Shown: piece after piece, positions 1 through 11,445 of the stretch
Numbering within the stretch: the stretch's first letter is position 1
How the letters are laid out: each line of letters starts with the position of its first letter
Origin: Psammoneis japonica
Lineage: Eukaryota
Direction: 5' to 3'
DNA length: 64,000 nucleotides
Assembly (NCBI GenBank): GCA_008632985.1
Contig: QPGO01000164.1
Coordinates: forward strand, 1 to 64,000
Made by a program: the position numbers and the translations under genes
The notes under the pieces: generated by a model
Databases searched by the model: none
Told to the model about the DNA's origin: nothing
Seen by the model: only the letters and a program-made list of their open reading frames with translations

Positions 1-208
1 TTATTCAGAGCTTTGCTCTAGTTAAATGTCCGTTGTTCATTCAGAGCTTTGCTCTAATTAAATGGAGATTCCATGGGCATCCAAACATTATTCAGAGTCG
101 TGCTCTGATTGAATGGACACAATCACAGCAGCGCTCTGAATGTCAGCACAATGCTCTAATTTACAAATTAATGCTCTGGATGCAATGAAGAGAATCTCAT
201 CTGCAGTG
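1..208. repeat. Short subterminal-type repeats (ATTCAGAGCTTTGCTCTA-like units) ending in ...CTGCAGTG; possible right end of a CACTA/CMC-like DNA transposon
   Basis: The unit ttcagagctttgctcta(g/a)ttaaatg recurs at 4, 40 and about 91, with further gctct(a/g) cores to about 180. The terminus reads CACTG on the minus strand. The partner end is not in the window. Confidence 0.35.
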
Positions 209-980
209 GGGGTTAGAGAGTTGGGATTGTAGTTTGGTGGAGTAGCGGGTCAATTGGTCAGCGATTGATTTGGTTATGGCAAGGCATCATGGTACAAAAT
301 TGCAGCACCGCATGTTGACCAGAGGATCCCTTGAGGTCGCGTTTCTCGCAGTCATCCGCTGCATCCACTCGTGATCGGGACCAATTCACTGCTACTAGCT
401 ACCGTAGTAGAGAGAGTCCCGTGTGACTCGTGTGTCACGACAGGAACATTCTGGCTTCTTACGACTCGGTTTCGCTCCATCGATACAAAGGAGAAGGACG
501 AAGCGCTACGACGACGAGCTGGAAATCCTCGAGGCGAGATGTTGCATACAATGCTGCGTCACAAACGCTGCCACTTGACAAGACGAGAAACAGCTGCAAC
601 TTGACAGTCTACCTATGTAGTCTTTGAACAAACAGTACGCTTTGAACATGATGCGTGAAGTAGGGTCGGCGCAATGCTAGAGTGTGCCGTGTGCGGGAAT
701 GCTTCTAGCTAGAATTCATCCGTTCGCCGTTCCTTTCTCTTCTCCTTACTCTTTTTCTTCTTCCTTTTCTTCTCCAAGTAATCCCATGGCCCTCCCAATG
801 CCTCTGGCCATGCGTCTCACAAATTTCTTAACTTTCTTTTTATTCCCAGCGCATGCTAAGTACGCAAGGCTTCCAAGGAAAACTCCCATCAAGAGTGCCA
901 GTCGAAATAATTCGAAACGGTACAGCAACTGCTTTTCCAAATTTGTGCCTGGTAAACATTCAGCATGCAGCACACCAAGA

Positions 981-2108
981 TCAACGCTTCTTTTTGTTTT
1001 GATCAGTCTTTGTCTTTGGCATCATAAGCAAACTTTCTGCCCACGCTTCCTCCTCTGGGCCAAGTATTCGTGACTGACCCGGGGCCAAGTCGCCCAATGA
1101 AATTTCACCTTGTCGCAATCGCTTCAGCTCAATCACACAGTGACCACAATTGGCAAGTACGCGTCGAACCATGCGATGCTTTCCTTCGGAAACAATCAGT
1201 TGAACGCGAGACAGTTCCTTGACGGTTTCCTCAGAGGATAGATAGCCCCGTAGTTTCAAGTCAGTCACATTATATTCTGGAGGCAGAGCTTGAATCATGG
1301 TTTGGAAAATGACCGGCACATGGTTGGGATCAATCTCCTCCACCTTTACCAATTGAGCCGTGTGTGTCCCCTCAGTTGTTTTTACTCCATCCTTTAGCTG
1401 TTGGTCCAGCTCGTCAAAGATAACTCGTCCCTCCACTATCGCCTGGTATTCCTTTTGCACGTGATGGTTTGGATGCAAGAGCCGCTGTGTTAGCTTTCCA
1501 TTGGATGAAAACAATAAAAGGCCTGACGTGTCATAATCCAGTCGACCAACAGGGTGGAGAATCTTGTTCATATTTTCTTCAAGGACGTTTGCTACGGTTG
1601 GTCGTCCAATACGATCATGCATGACGGACAAGACCCACTTTGGCTTGTGATAAGCCATAAGCAATGGCGGGGGAATGATGGCTTCTCCATTGACGTATAG
1701 AGTGTCCTTGGCAGAGATTCTTTCAGATGGTCCACGGATTTTCGTCAGTTCTTTATTGTCTCCCATGCGTTCAACACGACCCTGCTTCACCAGCAGCTGG
1801 CATTCAGAACGACTCCCTACACCGCGGTTCGACAAGGCACGGTCCACTCGAACAAGCTTGTCTTTTTTAGCTAAACTTTTCTTTCTTGCTTTCTTTTTTG
1901 GTTTAGTCTGTTTTAGATCTGCATTGCTGTTCTTAGAAGTAAACAGGCGCGTGGTTGTGGCTCGCGTTCCGGCAAAGTACCGACAATGATGCTGCAACCT
2001 TTTCATGCCACGGTCAGCGTTTATAAAATTTGTTAGACCAACAGAGAATCCAGTGCTAGCTTGGCGCAGCACGTAAAGGAGGATAGCAAATGCCATTGTG
2101 GCTTTCAT
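981..2108 (-). CDS. RsuA/RluB/E/F-family rRNA pseudouridine synthase, probably plastid-targeted
   Basis: S4-like region (RVDRALSNRGVGSRSEC), catalytic motif PVGRLDYDTSGLLL, C-terminal EGKHRMVRRV...LKRLRQG. N-terminal signal peptide followed by STG-F. Confidence 0.9.
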   Translation of the reverse strand: MKATMAFAILLYVLRQASTGFSVGLTNFINADRGMKRLQHHCRYFAGTRATTTRLFTSKNSNADLKQTKPKKKARKKSLAKKDKLVRVDRALSNRGVGSRSECQLLVKQGRVERMGDNKELTKIRGPSERISAKDTLYVNGEAIIPPPLLMAYHKPKWVLSVMHDRIGRPTVANVLEENMNKILHPVGRLDYDTSGLLLFSSNGKLTQRLLHPNHHVQKEYQAIVEGRVIFDELDQQLKDGVKTTEGTHTAQLVKVEEIDPNHVPVIFQTMIQALPPEYNVTDLKLRGYLSSEETVKELSRVQLIVSEGKHRMVRRVLANCGHCVIELKRLRQGEISLGDLAPGQSRILGPEEEAWAESLLMMPKTKTDQNKKKR

Positions 2109-2388
2109 TCTAAAAATAAAGAGGAGTCAGTCGTCGCTGTTGCAACCGATCAAAGGCAGCAACAGAACCAATGTCCGTACTCCGTACTGCCAACAAGATA
2201 TAAAAAATTCAATGGCTTGCTGCATGAACGGCTAGCGAGAAGAGGCGAGCAGTGTAGCCCTAGTGTATGGTAGTAGAGTAGAACAAACACAACGCGGCCC
2301 TCTGGTACGCCATGGTCGTGGCAGCGACACTGAACACAACCACAAAAGCGGTGCCGTCCACTTTTCTATGTTTTTTTTTACGAAAAAC

Positions 2389-3010
2389 AGAGAAATTGTC
2401 CGTTTTGTCGAAAACCCATCGAAACGGATAGAAACTCGCCAACAACGACACTGAACACTCACCATGATGGGCTCGTGCTGTCCCTGTTGGTCTGGTCTGA
2501 CGGAGGTGGCCAGTGTGGACATTGACGCTCCTTCTTAAATTGTGTGGCAAGTCATTTTGGATCTGGATGCCTCTCCATCCTTTCTCTCTTCTGTCGAAAC
2601 TTTGGAACGATCCGGCGGGCCACAGGATGTCGTTTGACATGTGGGAACCAAGTGGAAAGAGTGTCGAGTTTGTCACGGGGACGAGGTCATTTTGAGCAAG
2701 ACTGCAACCAAAATCAACCATGCTGGAGATTCATCTTATGAGGTTCACATTCACAAACATTTTGATGAGGGGTCAACAGCGGCAGACATTGCAAACATGA
2801 GCGCACATTGATGGTGGAGACCCCACCGGCTCTGAATCTTGTCGGCTTGCTTGTTGGAACCTTTGCAATTGCCACTTCTTCAACATGGAACAAGTTGTTG
2901 GAGTGTTTTGGAATGAAGTCAGCTCAAAGAGCTTTTCAAGAAGAACTGTGAGATTGTGAAAAAGAATCTTTGAAATGATGCCAAAAGGATTCATCATCAA
3001 GTGCTGAATC
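2389..3010 (+). pseudogene. Hypermutated inverted copy of the SRPBCC gene at 60309-60868
   Basis: Colinear with the reverse complement of about 60320-60960. Differences are dominated by TA->TG/CA and CG->TG/CA, with stops and indels. Confidence 0.9.
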
Positions 3011-3640
3011 ACAATGACTTGAAAGAAAGAGAGTCAGCCAGGATGTGCATCACATCATGATTTGTCATGCAGCAGCCAATGCAGCACCCACATTGCTGCA
3101 TCTGCACCTGCAATGACACACACACAACTGCAATCACAACAAATCACAAGCTGGGCTGTTTTGTTCATTAAGACAAAATGCATGCTCACAGAGAGTGCCC
3201 TCAATGCCGGCTGCAACCAAGAACAACTCACCTTTTTAGCTGCAGCACTCATGTGGGATGTCCTGAATGTACAAGTGCTTGAACAGGATGTGACACTGGC
3301 ACTGTCATTTGACATGGCATGTGTTGCAGCACACAATCTCAAGAGATGATTGTGTCACCTTTTTCAAGAAAAATGCAAGAGAGCATTTCAGACATTGACA
3401 AGCTTGCCATGATCGACTTTCTCAACAAGGTGTGAGAAAAGGTTTTTAAGCAGCATTTGGGGGGGGAGGGAAGTGGTTGGTGCTGGACCTCCCTGAAATT
3501 GCAACAAGCAAGGAGTGGTGGAAATTCTCTCTAGTTTTGCAGATGCATGAAATTCTGTCCACCAGAAAAGAAATTTAAAAGCGGCGATGATGGAATGGCA
3601 TTTTGTTCCACAACAACGGTGAAGACACTGGCCACTCCTG
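3010..3640. repeat. Hypermutated inverted copy of the intergenic segment at about 57620-58240
   Basis: gacttgaaagaaagagagtcagcc (3016) matches revcomp gactcgaaagaaagagaatcagcc (about 58240). aaattctctctagttttgcagatgcatg (3522) matches revcomp aaattctctctagttctacagatgcgtg (about 57730). Confidence 0.8.
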
Positions 3641-4226
3641 CATCAAACATTGCTGGGCACAGGGGCGTGTGAAATGTGCAAGGGAAAATTGATTGGAAGC
3701 AGCATTCCAACTCTTCTGAATGCACAAGAAATGTGTTTGTTGCAGTTGGGGGCCACGAATCAATTGCCGGCATGTTTTTTTCTGTGTGAAACATGCTGTT
3801 TTGTGTGCCATCTTGCAGAGTCAGTGCCAGGTTCCACCGCAGCCAGAAATGGCATGTTTGCTGTCATGCCATCTGTGCAGATGGCCACACTGGAGAGCAG
3901 CACCACCTCTCACTGAATTTGAGGACACTGTGGGTGTTGCCACTTTGCAAAGAGAATCACATTGGTGGTTGGTCTGCACAATTGTTTCTGCACATGTTTT
4001 GCACTGTCATCCATCCCCACCACCTCCAGCCCAATCCTGACCAGCCTGACTCAAATTTCATTGGGTTTGAGCAGGTGGCAGGAATGGATGATGACAATGC
4101 AAAATGTGCACAGGCGCCAGAAACTGTCACACAGACAGACTGCCACTGCGATTCTCCTTGCAAGTGGCAACACCCAATTGTGCAAGATGGCAGCCACAGA
4201 ACAGTTTCAAGTTGTTGCTTCTGCTG

Positions 4227-5110
4227 GCAATGTCATGTGGTGTGCAGCTGATGCTGTTGTTGTGACAGCAAACAGCGCACCAACTGCCATTGATGACTGG
4301 TGGAGGAGCCAGCAGCACAAAAAACACAATTTTGCAAAGGAAAAAAAAAAAAGCATCAGCATGACAAACATCAACAAAAAGAGAACTTGGAGCTGCAAAA
4401 AAACACCAATCATTGCCATCTTCACAGTTGTTTGGGATTTTTGTTTGTGTGCACAGTTGCCATGTTTCCGGCAATTCCATGGCTGCCAGGTTGTCAGACG
4501 ACAAGGCAAGGTGCAACACTTGGTGCAGCAACATGGACAAGGACAGCAGCACCCCAAAACAATTTGACAGCAACAACAAGCAACATCACTTTGCCTCATC
4601 TCCATGAATGTTGCCGGTCTCCAACCTTCCATGGTTGCTCCAGAAATGTTGGCATTGAGCGACCAGCTCCAGGTGGTTGTGAGACAATTGCTTGCTTCAG
4701 ATCCTCGCATCATTGCACTTCAAGAGTGCCCCTCTGCAGATTGGGCATTGCAAGCAGCAGCCTTTGACAATGACCACGTTCTTTTAATTAGATCTGAAGT
4801 GTTGCGGGTGGGTTGTGTCATCTTGTTTGTCAAGAAGGAGCTTGTTTTGGAATGAGTTGTTGAGCTGCAAGAGAAGAGACACCAGCCATCATGGCAAAAG
4901 CAACACACACTCTCCAACAACTGCAACATCCATGTTGCATCTGTGCACTTGGAACCATTTGTGCAAGGTTCTTTTCTTTGGTGAGACAAAATGCAACAGT
5001 TGCAAAGTGTTTCTAAAACAACATCAATGCCAATGACTTTTTGGGCAGTGCAAATGTGAGAGATGCAGAAGATGTTCCTCAATGCTTGGAAGGAACTTGG
5101 CGCCTTGGAC
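4227..5110 (+). pseudogene. Hypermutated copy 1 of the TDP2-like EEP gene at 56052-57067
   Basis: Residual translation MNVAGLQPSMVAPE...LLASDPRIIALQECPSADWALQ matches the intact gene. Stops and frameshifts present. Confidence 0.9.
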
Positions 5111-5144
5111 AAATCCCCAGAACAATCAATTGCCAATTCAATTG

Positions 5145-5563
5145 ACTGCAATTAAGGGGAGTCATCATTTGCCACTTTTTTGACTTAAATTTGACCAAAC
5201 AGCTTGTGATTTGTGTGATTTTTCTTGAATTTCACTGTGCTTCTTAGTGGTGAAAACATCAAGCCACAAGTCTGCGAAGGAGGTGGTCTGTCTGTCAACT
5301 CTTGTCAGTTTTATGTCCGTTGTGTGTCAAAGGTCACACACCATGAATCAAATGTTTGTGGACGGACCACTGCATTTTGGAGCCATGCCGACATTGCTGC
5401 CATTGCCATGTTTTGATCATGGCACCTGAAGTTCTTGTTTTTGTGCACAGTCGGAGGTGAATGCAAACAATTTTTGCACTCAAAAACAAACACTGCAAAC
5501 ACTCTTGCTCAAATGCCATGGCAATTCTGGATAAATGCGGGGATGACCCCCCTCAATTGCAGT
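5145..5563. mobile_element. MITE-like element with about 22-bp inverted ends
   Basis: 5145-5166 actgcaattaaggggagtcatc vs revcomp of 5542-5563 actgcaattgaggggggtcatc (20/22 match). No coding capacity. Confidence 0.5.
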
Positions 5564-7205
5564 TGTCAATCAATTGCAGCACACCCACCCATTCCCCAAT
5601 GCAAAGAAATGTGCAACTTGTTCAAAGTGCAACAATGGCGAAGGAGACACACCACCACACGAGTGTCCTCGAAATCATTTTGGCAAGGAAAAAATGTGAA
5701 CGGAAGATGGCCAGACCACTGTCATTCTCTCAACAACATTGGACACTGTCAATGATCCACGTGCATCCAGCATTGCACCTTTTTGGAGTTTTGTGGGGGT
5801 CTTCATGAAATCAACAAACTCCTGCAGACAATGTTTCTAGCCAACAGCAGGAAAGCGGCAACAAACAGAACATCAAACAGCAAGCCAAGTGTGGGCAAAC
5901 CTGGAAAACTTTTCAAGATCATCAAGGTGTTGGCACTCCAACTTGGAACAGTGTCAAGAATTTCAGTTTGACAGAGGGCATTGAAAACATCACCCTGCTT
6001 GCTTGGATGGGATGAGTGCACCCAAGGCTGAGTTCTGCAGCTGTGTGGCCCCTCTCCTGCCATTTCTTTCTCCAGCAGATTTCTCGAGGAGGAAGAGGGC
6101 TGGTCAGCAAGCTCGTTGATCATCATTTGTTTGTCCACTTTCTCAATGGCTGCAATCAAGCTCACAGTGGAGACAAAACCACAGCAAGGCCTTGGAAGAG
6201 CTGGAGTGGGTCATCCTTGGATTGGCCATCCTGCAAATCAGAGAGAGGATTTGACTGTTTTTGCATCTCTCTCTTTTCACCCCTGTCAACAACAAGAAGC
6301 TTGGACATTGCAACAAACATGCTTTCTTGTTTTGAAGCATGGACAAAACAAAAGCGAGACCACCCAGGTGAAGGGGGCTGCACCAGCAACAATGACCCCA
6401 CATTCAGAGTTTTTCTGCGAGCATGAGTTTTAACAAATGTGTGTGTTTTTTGTTTTTTCTGTTGCAGCATGCACACAAAAGAGCAACAGATTTGCAAAAC
6501 TCTTGGCGCAGCAACCTGTGTGGCCATCTGAGCAAACACTTGATGAGCAGCCCTGTTGACAACACAAGTCATGAGTTGGCAAAGTTTCAAGAGCCAGAGC
6601 TCTGTCATGTCAAACAACTTTGATGGGTCAAACAATGGGTTGGGCGAGTTGAGGAGATTTGTTTGCTGTTTGTTGTTGATTGTGATGGAAACAGAGAGAG
6701 AGAGAGAGAGAGACAATTGTGACAACAGCCAGAATGAAAATGAGAAGGAAGCTCCTGCTCCTCATTGTCACAACATGAGCAGCTGCACGACTCTTGCTGA
6801 TGTTTCTGCACACTTGCAAAAGAAGCTTGGCGCCAAAGCAATGTGCAGGAAAACCCAGTGTCCACCATTGGCCCTGCCAACTGTGGCCAACAAGGACCCT
6901 GTAATGTGGTTGCGAATGTGGGTTTGACTGTGCTAGCCTTAACGGCAGATGGCCATCACAGCATTGAGAACAGGACAGTGCTGTAGATAGATAAAAGAAT
7001 AGAACACTCTAGCTAGTGGTGGGTAGAGAGCAATGGAGAGTAGATAGAACCACACCTCGTCCCGCGTCTGTCCATTTGTCCGCTCTCCACTGGTGTTCCC
7101 CTGCTCGCTGACTCAATCCAAGAAATTCCAATTTCGTAACTTTCCGCTTTTTGCTTGTGACAATGAGTTCTTCAGGGAAAACACTCTCACCATAGAGACC
7201 GTCAT

Positions 7206-8192
7206 ATGAACATGGGCACTGGCTTTCACTTTCTGATCAAAATGGAGTTGTTCGTTGTGATAATAGTCCTTGCCTTTTGTTGCACTCGAGTGCATGCTTT
7301 CTCCACCACGACAACAGCACATGGCCGCGTGGCGTTTCCAAATTTGGACGAATCCAGTTTTCGGCATTCGCTAGATCGTGATTTGACGTCTCTGGTCCGC
7401 TCGGCACCCTTTTCCAATGTGGCACAAGAAGGGATTCGACGATTCTTGACAATTGTCGAACAAGGCGTACGATTGGATCTCTTGTCCACGTCCGTCAAGG
7501 TATCGGACGAGCAACTCCCAGATCTTTACAATTCCTTGTTGGAGGCGTGCCGTATTTTGGATCTGCCCACGGATAATCCACCAAATCTCTTTGTTCAATC
7601 CAGTCCTCAAGCCAACGCCTACACGCTGGCCTTGCAAGGCACAGACGACAAGGCACCCATTATTGTAGTCACGTCGGCGTTGTTGGATCAGTGCTCCGAG
7701 GCTGAAGTGCAAGCTATTCTAGGACACGAGCTTGGGCACTTAAAATGTGAGCATTCCATTTACTTGACACTAGGAAGCCTAGCCTCGACTCCACTCCAAA
7801 ACTTGCCGTTTGTAGGTCGGTCTACTCAACAATTATTGGAGAGGTGGCGATTGGCGGCCGAGTATACTTGTGATCGAGCAGCGCTACTAGTGGCTCAAGA
7901 CGCCAAGGTTGTCAATGGAGCCATGCTCAAATTGGTTTCGGGGACTGCCAAAACGACAAGCACGGAAGCCTTTGTAGACCAGTGTTTGGAATATGACAAG
8001 TTGTTGAAAAGTGCCAATCCCCTGGTGAGGGCTTCTATTGAAATGCAGCAACGGACACATCCCCTACCTGTACGAAGGGTCGCTGAATTGCAAGACTGGT
8101 CCGAGTCAGATGGCTTTCAACAACTCTTGGCAAGTGGCACTAGTCTGGACAAATACATGAAGGAACCGGTTATGGCAAACGCCGATCTGTAA
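7206..8192 (+). CDS. M48-family (HtpX/Ste24-like) zinc metallopeptidase, probably plastid-targeted; true start likely the Met at 7242
   Basis: HELGH zinc motif, AEYTCDRAA, THP..VRR. Signal peptide ending VHA-F. Confidence 0.9.
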   Translation: MNMGTGFHFLIKMELFVVIIVLAFCCTRVHAFSTTTTAHGRVAFPNLDESSFRHSLDRDLTSLVRSAPFSNVAQEGIRRFLTIVEQGVRLDLLSTSVKVSDEQLPDLYNSLLEACRILDLPTDNPPNLFVQSSPQANAYTLALQGTDDKAPIIVVTSALLDQCSEAEVQAILGHELGHLKCEHSIYLTLGSLASTPLQNLPFVGRSTQQLLERWRLAAEYTCDRAALLVAQDAKVVNGAMLKLVSGTAKTTSTEAFVDQCLEYDKLLKSANPLVRASIEMQQRTHPLPVRRVAELQDWSESDGFQQLLASGTSLDKYMKEPVMANADL

Positions 8193-9197
8193 TGGAAAAA
8201 TAATGTGACAGGTTAAGATGGATAGTAGCTTTCGTTCGCAATGAATATTATCTAGTTCAGAGATACTCTTTGTAATAGCGCTCAGCAATTCTTTGATGGA
8301 GCTCATTGTAACTGAAACATTCCAGCTCTCGCTTGAATTCGCTTGAATTCGAGAGTGAAAAAGGACGTTGCACAGTTTCTTCAAGACGCAGTCACCTACT
8401 GTAGAGTAACAACCTCGTGAGTCACAAAGCGTAGTAGACTACTTAGTAGCTGCAGAATAGGTCTTGTGCAATGTCAGACAACGCAACCGCACGATGCTTC
8501 CTTCCGTCATCCGCACAACATGACATTACACCTTCGAACGGCGACAGACTTTCTGGCGGGAAACCGTGCGTGGCGTGCCGGTCGTGAGCATACCGGAGGT
8601 ATGTGAATAGTAGCGAACTTTTTTTCAGGATCGCCTCACAGACCCCAAGACCCATATATCGGGCGGTGGAAAGCTCTCGACGAGCTGAACAAGGTCAAAC
8701 GCATGTTGTATCGGTCGGAGTGAGCGGAAAGCGAATGTTTGTCGTTGAAAATTTGGTATTTATTTAAAGAAAAATAACGGTTATATTCGCCTTTTTCTAA
8801 TTGATTTTTATATTTATATCCAAACATTAATCGTATCATAAATTTGACATTTAATCCGGAGTTCCGAAATCTCATCCAGGATTGTATACTATATAAATTA
8901 CTTATGGGACACCTTGTTTCTATACTTTGCTCTTGCTCTACAGCTCTTACAACTGAAGATATCGAAAAAAGGCTTTCGTCAGTCGCTGCAACTGGGTGTG
9001 TTTTAGTGACTGACGAAAGCCGATTTTCGACAAGTATTTTTGGTGTCGAGATTTTTCAACAGCAAAAATAACTTCGCTACCATTTACATACCTCCGGTAC
9101 GCACCGAGCGCGATCATCGCGATCATCTTGAATCTTGACGACGACGACTTTTGACGCTTGACACTCTGATGTCACATCATCATTCTTTGATCTCACC

Positions 9198-10313
9198 ATG
9201 TTTAATAGCGGTTCCTCAGCAAGTTTCCCTCTTTTTAGGTCTCTTCGGAGACACGAGCCTCAGTTGGGTGTTTCGGTTCAAAAAGAATTAAAGCGCTTAC
9301 CCAAGGTTCTTGTGCTGTTTTGCGGTGGGACGCTAATCATGCAGAAAAATGAGCATGGCGCTCTTGTGGTACAAAAAAAGGACGAGGCTATTGATTTGTT
9401 GCTCAACTTGGAACCACGGATTCAGGAAGATATCGCAGAGCTCGACGTTGAATTTGTGGATAACATTGATAGCACCAACATGAATCCTGCGTTATGGGAT
9501 AAGATTGGAAGCATCATTCAACTCCATTACGGCGACTATGACGGCTTTGTTATCACTCATGGCACGGATACCATGGCGTATACAGCGAGTGCGCTATCCT
9601 TTTCCTTGGGTGATTTGGGAAAGCCAGTGTGCATCACGGGTGCACAAATTCCGGGATCCGAACTTGAAAGCGATGCTCGACGTAATTTTGTCAATTCCGT
9701 GCGTGTTGCAACCTTTGACAAGGCGGGAGTTTTGCTTGTTTTTGATGAAGACGTTATTCTTGGTGCACGGGCCTCCAAGGTATCCGAGTCCAAGCTCGAG
9801 GGCTTTGCGACAGTGAATTGGGGACTCATGGGTGAATTGCGCATTGATGCTCGATTCAGCGAGGATTGCAAGGATCGCCATGATAGACCCCTCCAGTTCC
9901 TTCCTGGATTCGAGCACCGTGTAGCTGTTTTTACTTTGTTTCCCGGATTTCCGGCATGTCACATGATTGAAGCCGCTGCAAAAAATAAGGATCTGCGAGG
10001 AATTATTCTTCGTGGTTATGGTTCAGGAAATATTAGTTATGAATACATGGAGGCCATCCAGCTTGCTCACGATAACGATGTTGCCGTGGTGGTGGGTACT
10101 CAGTGTTTGGAGGGTGCCACCATGATGCACATCTATGACGTGGGCAAGAAAGCCTTGGATCTTGGTGTTATTCAAGCGTATGACATGAGCCTCGAATGCA
10201 CAATCACAAAACTCATGTGGGCTCTCAACCATACCGAGACTCGTGACGAACTATGCAACGTTATGCACACCAACTTTACCGGCGAAATCAACAAGGAGGG
10301 TAAACTATACTAG
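9198..10313 (+). CDS. Type I L-asparaginase (AnsA-like)
   Basis: CGGTL, NIDSTNM, HGTDTMAY, TGAQIP, GARASK and GYGSGN motifs; single exon. Confidence 0.92.
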   Translation: MFNSGSSASFPLFRSLRRHEPQLGVSVQKELKRLPKVLVLFCGGTLIMQKNEHGALVVQKKDEAIDLLLNLEPRIQEDIAELDVEFVDNIDSTNMNPALWDKIGSIIQLHYGDYDGFVITHGTDTMAYTASALSFSLGDLGKPVCITGAQIPGSELESDARRNFVNSVRVATFDKAGVLLVFDEDVILGARASKVSESKLEGFATVNWGLMGELRIDARFSEDCKDRHDRPLQFLPGFEHRVAVFTLFPGFPACHMIEAAAKNKDLRGIILRGYGSGNISYEYMEAIQLAHDNDVAVVVGTQCLEGATMMHIYDVGKKALDLGVIQAYDMSLECTITKLMWALNHTETRDELCNVMHTNFTGEINKEGKLY

Positions 10314-10979
10314 ATGTGCGAGAAACAAGTGCCAGATTGTTTGAGTTTCAACACTGCAATGCCTTATTTGCACACATGTGCTAATGCACGGTTCATCTTC
10401 ACGTTGTCTCATACCAAACAAAATACTCACAGGCGTTTTTGAAATACTTCAGGTCGCCTCTCGCGATCTACACAATAAATCACAGCACCATGCCAACCTT
10501 GCATGCCGGCGGATTGGTCTATCATCAAGGACAGCCTCATGTCCTTATTCCTGTAACAACGGCCAAATTGTATGAGTGTTTGACGCCGAGACGGGTCTCT
10601 ATCACGTCAATCAAGACGACGAAAATCGCTTTTTTGGGCATCGGTACATCGTCGTGAGAATCCCAGTACGAGGTTCTAACCGTGCCATCCTTTTTTACCG
10701 TGCAATCCCACCTTGGAAATGATGGTTGTAGGAACCTATGCACGTTGTTCCGACAGCATCTTGGGCGGGTCATGACGATTCGTCGGAGTGTCGGTCTTGA
10801 TTAGAGAATCGATTGGCATGGAAACGGAACGCTGGAGCTAATGATTCACCATGGACCTAGCGTACACCATACTTTTCTGAAATGCAACATGCCATCAACA
10901 GACAAGAGTGAGCAGTGAGATCAAAAGCAAGATGGAGAATGCATGTTGCCTTTGATGCAATTTGACAGCACAAAACCCA

Positions 10980-11445
10980 TGAAGAGTGCCATTTGCAAAA
11001 TGTCAGATCAAGAACTGTGGGAGCACAGTTGAGCCAAAGGAGTTGCTTTCAAAGGACATCATTGATGGCCGTGTGACACCGAAAATGAAGCCAAAGGCGG
11101 TCAAGCAGATGCGGCCTGGACACGAGCCGCATCCGCTTCAAAACTTTGGGTCCAACTTGAGAAGCCTCAGAAAAATTTTTAAAGACTCATCAAGACCGGG
11201 CTGATGTGGACAGTGCAGCACTTGCTCATGACCATTGCTTGCATCCAATTGCTGCAACATCATCGCATGGCTGCCCCAGGTGGGAGGGATCAGAGGCCGA
11301 GAAGTTCGTCCAGCAAGACATTGAGGATGACAGCATTTTGGATGTGAAACCCGTGACACTTTGCCAAACCAGACCAGAATGTCAAGCTTTTCCTCTTCGT
11401 ACATTCCAAGACCACACTCATCAAGCAAAATGGGCAAAATGACTT
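10980..11445 (+). pseudogene. Degenerate two-repeat ORF of unknown function, possibly transposon-associated
   Basis: Two internally similar segments (KDIIDG...RPGHEPHPLQNF and QDIEDD...LCQTRPECQAFPLRTF) interrupted by a stop/frameshift. His/Cys occupy positions consistent with former Tyr. Confidence 0.4.

Noticed and set aside
1..120. CRISPR-like repeat-spacer pattern
   Set aside because: Only 2-3 degenerate units, irregular spacing, eukaryotic context and no cas genes.
746..973. 75-aa ORF with a hydrophobic segment just downstream of the pseudouridine synthase
   Set aside because: No recognisable motif and only 7 bp from the upstream stop; cannot distinguish it from 3' UTR.
3531..6927. Many overlapping Cys/His-rich ORFs that look like metal-binding proteins
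   Set aside because: Explained by loss of TpA (no Tyr, few stops) in all frames; the same applies to the other degenerate blocks.
8740..8910. AT-rich patch as a possible centromere-like low-GC element
   Set aside because: Only about 170 bp, with no supporting structure.
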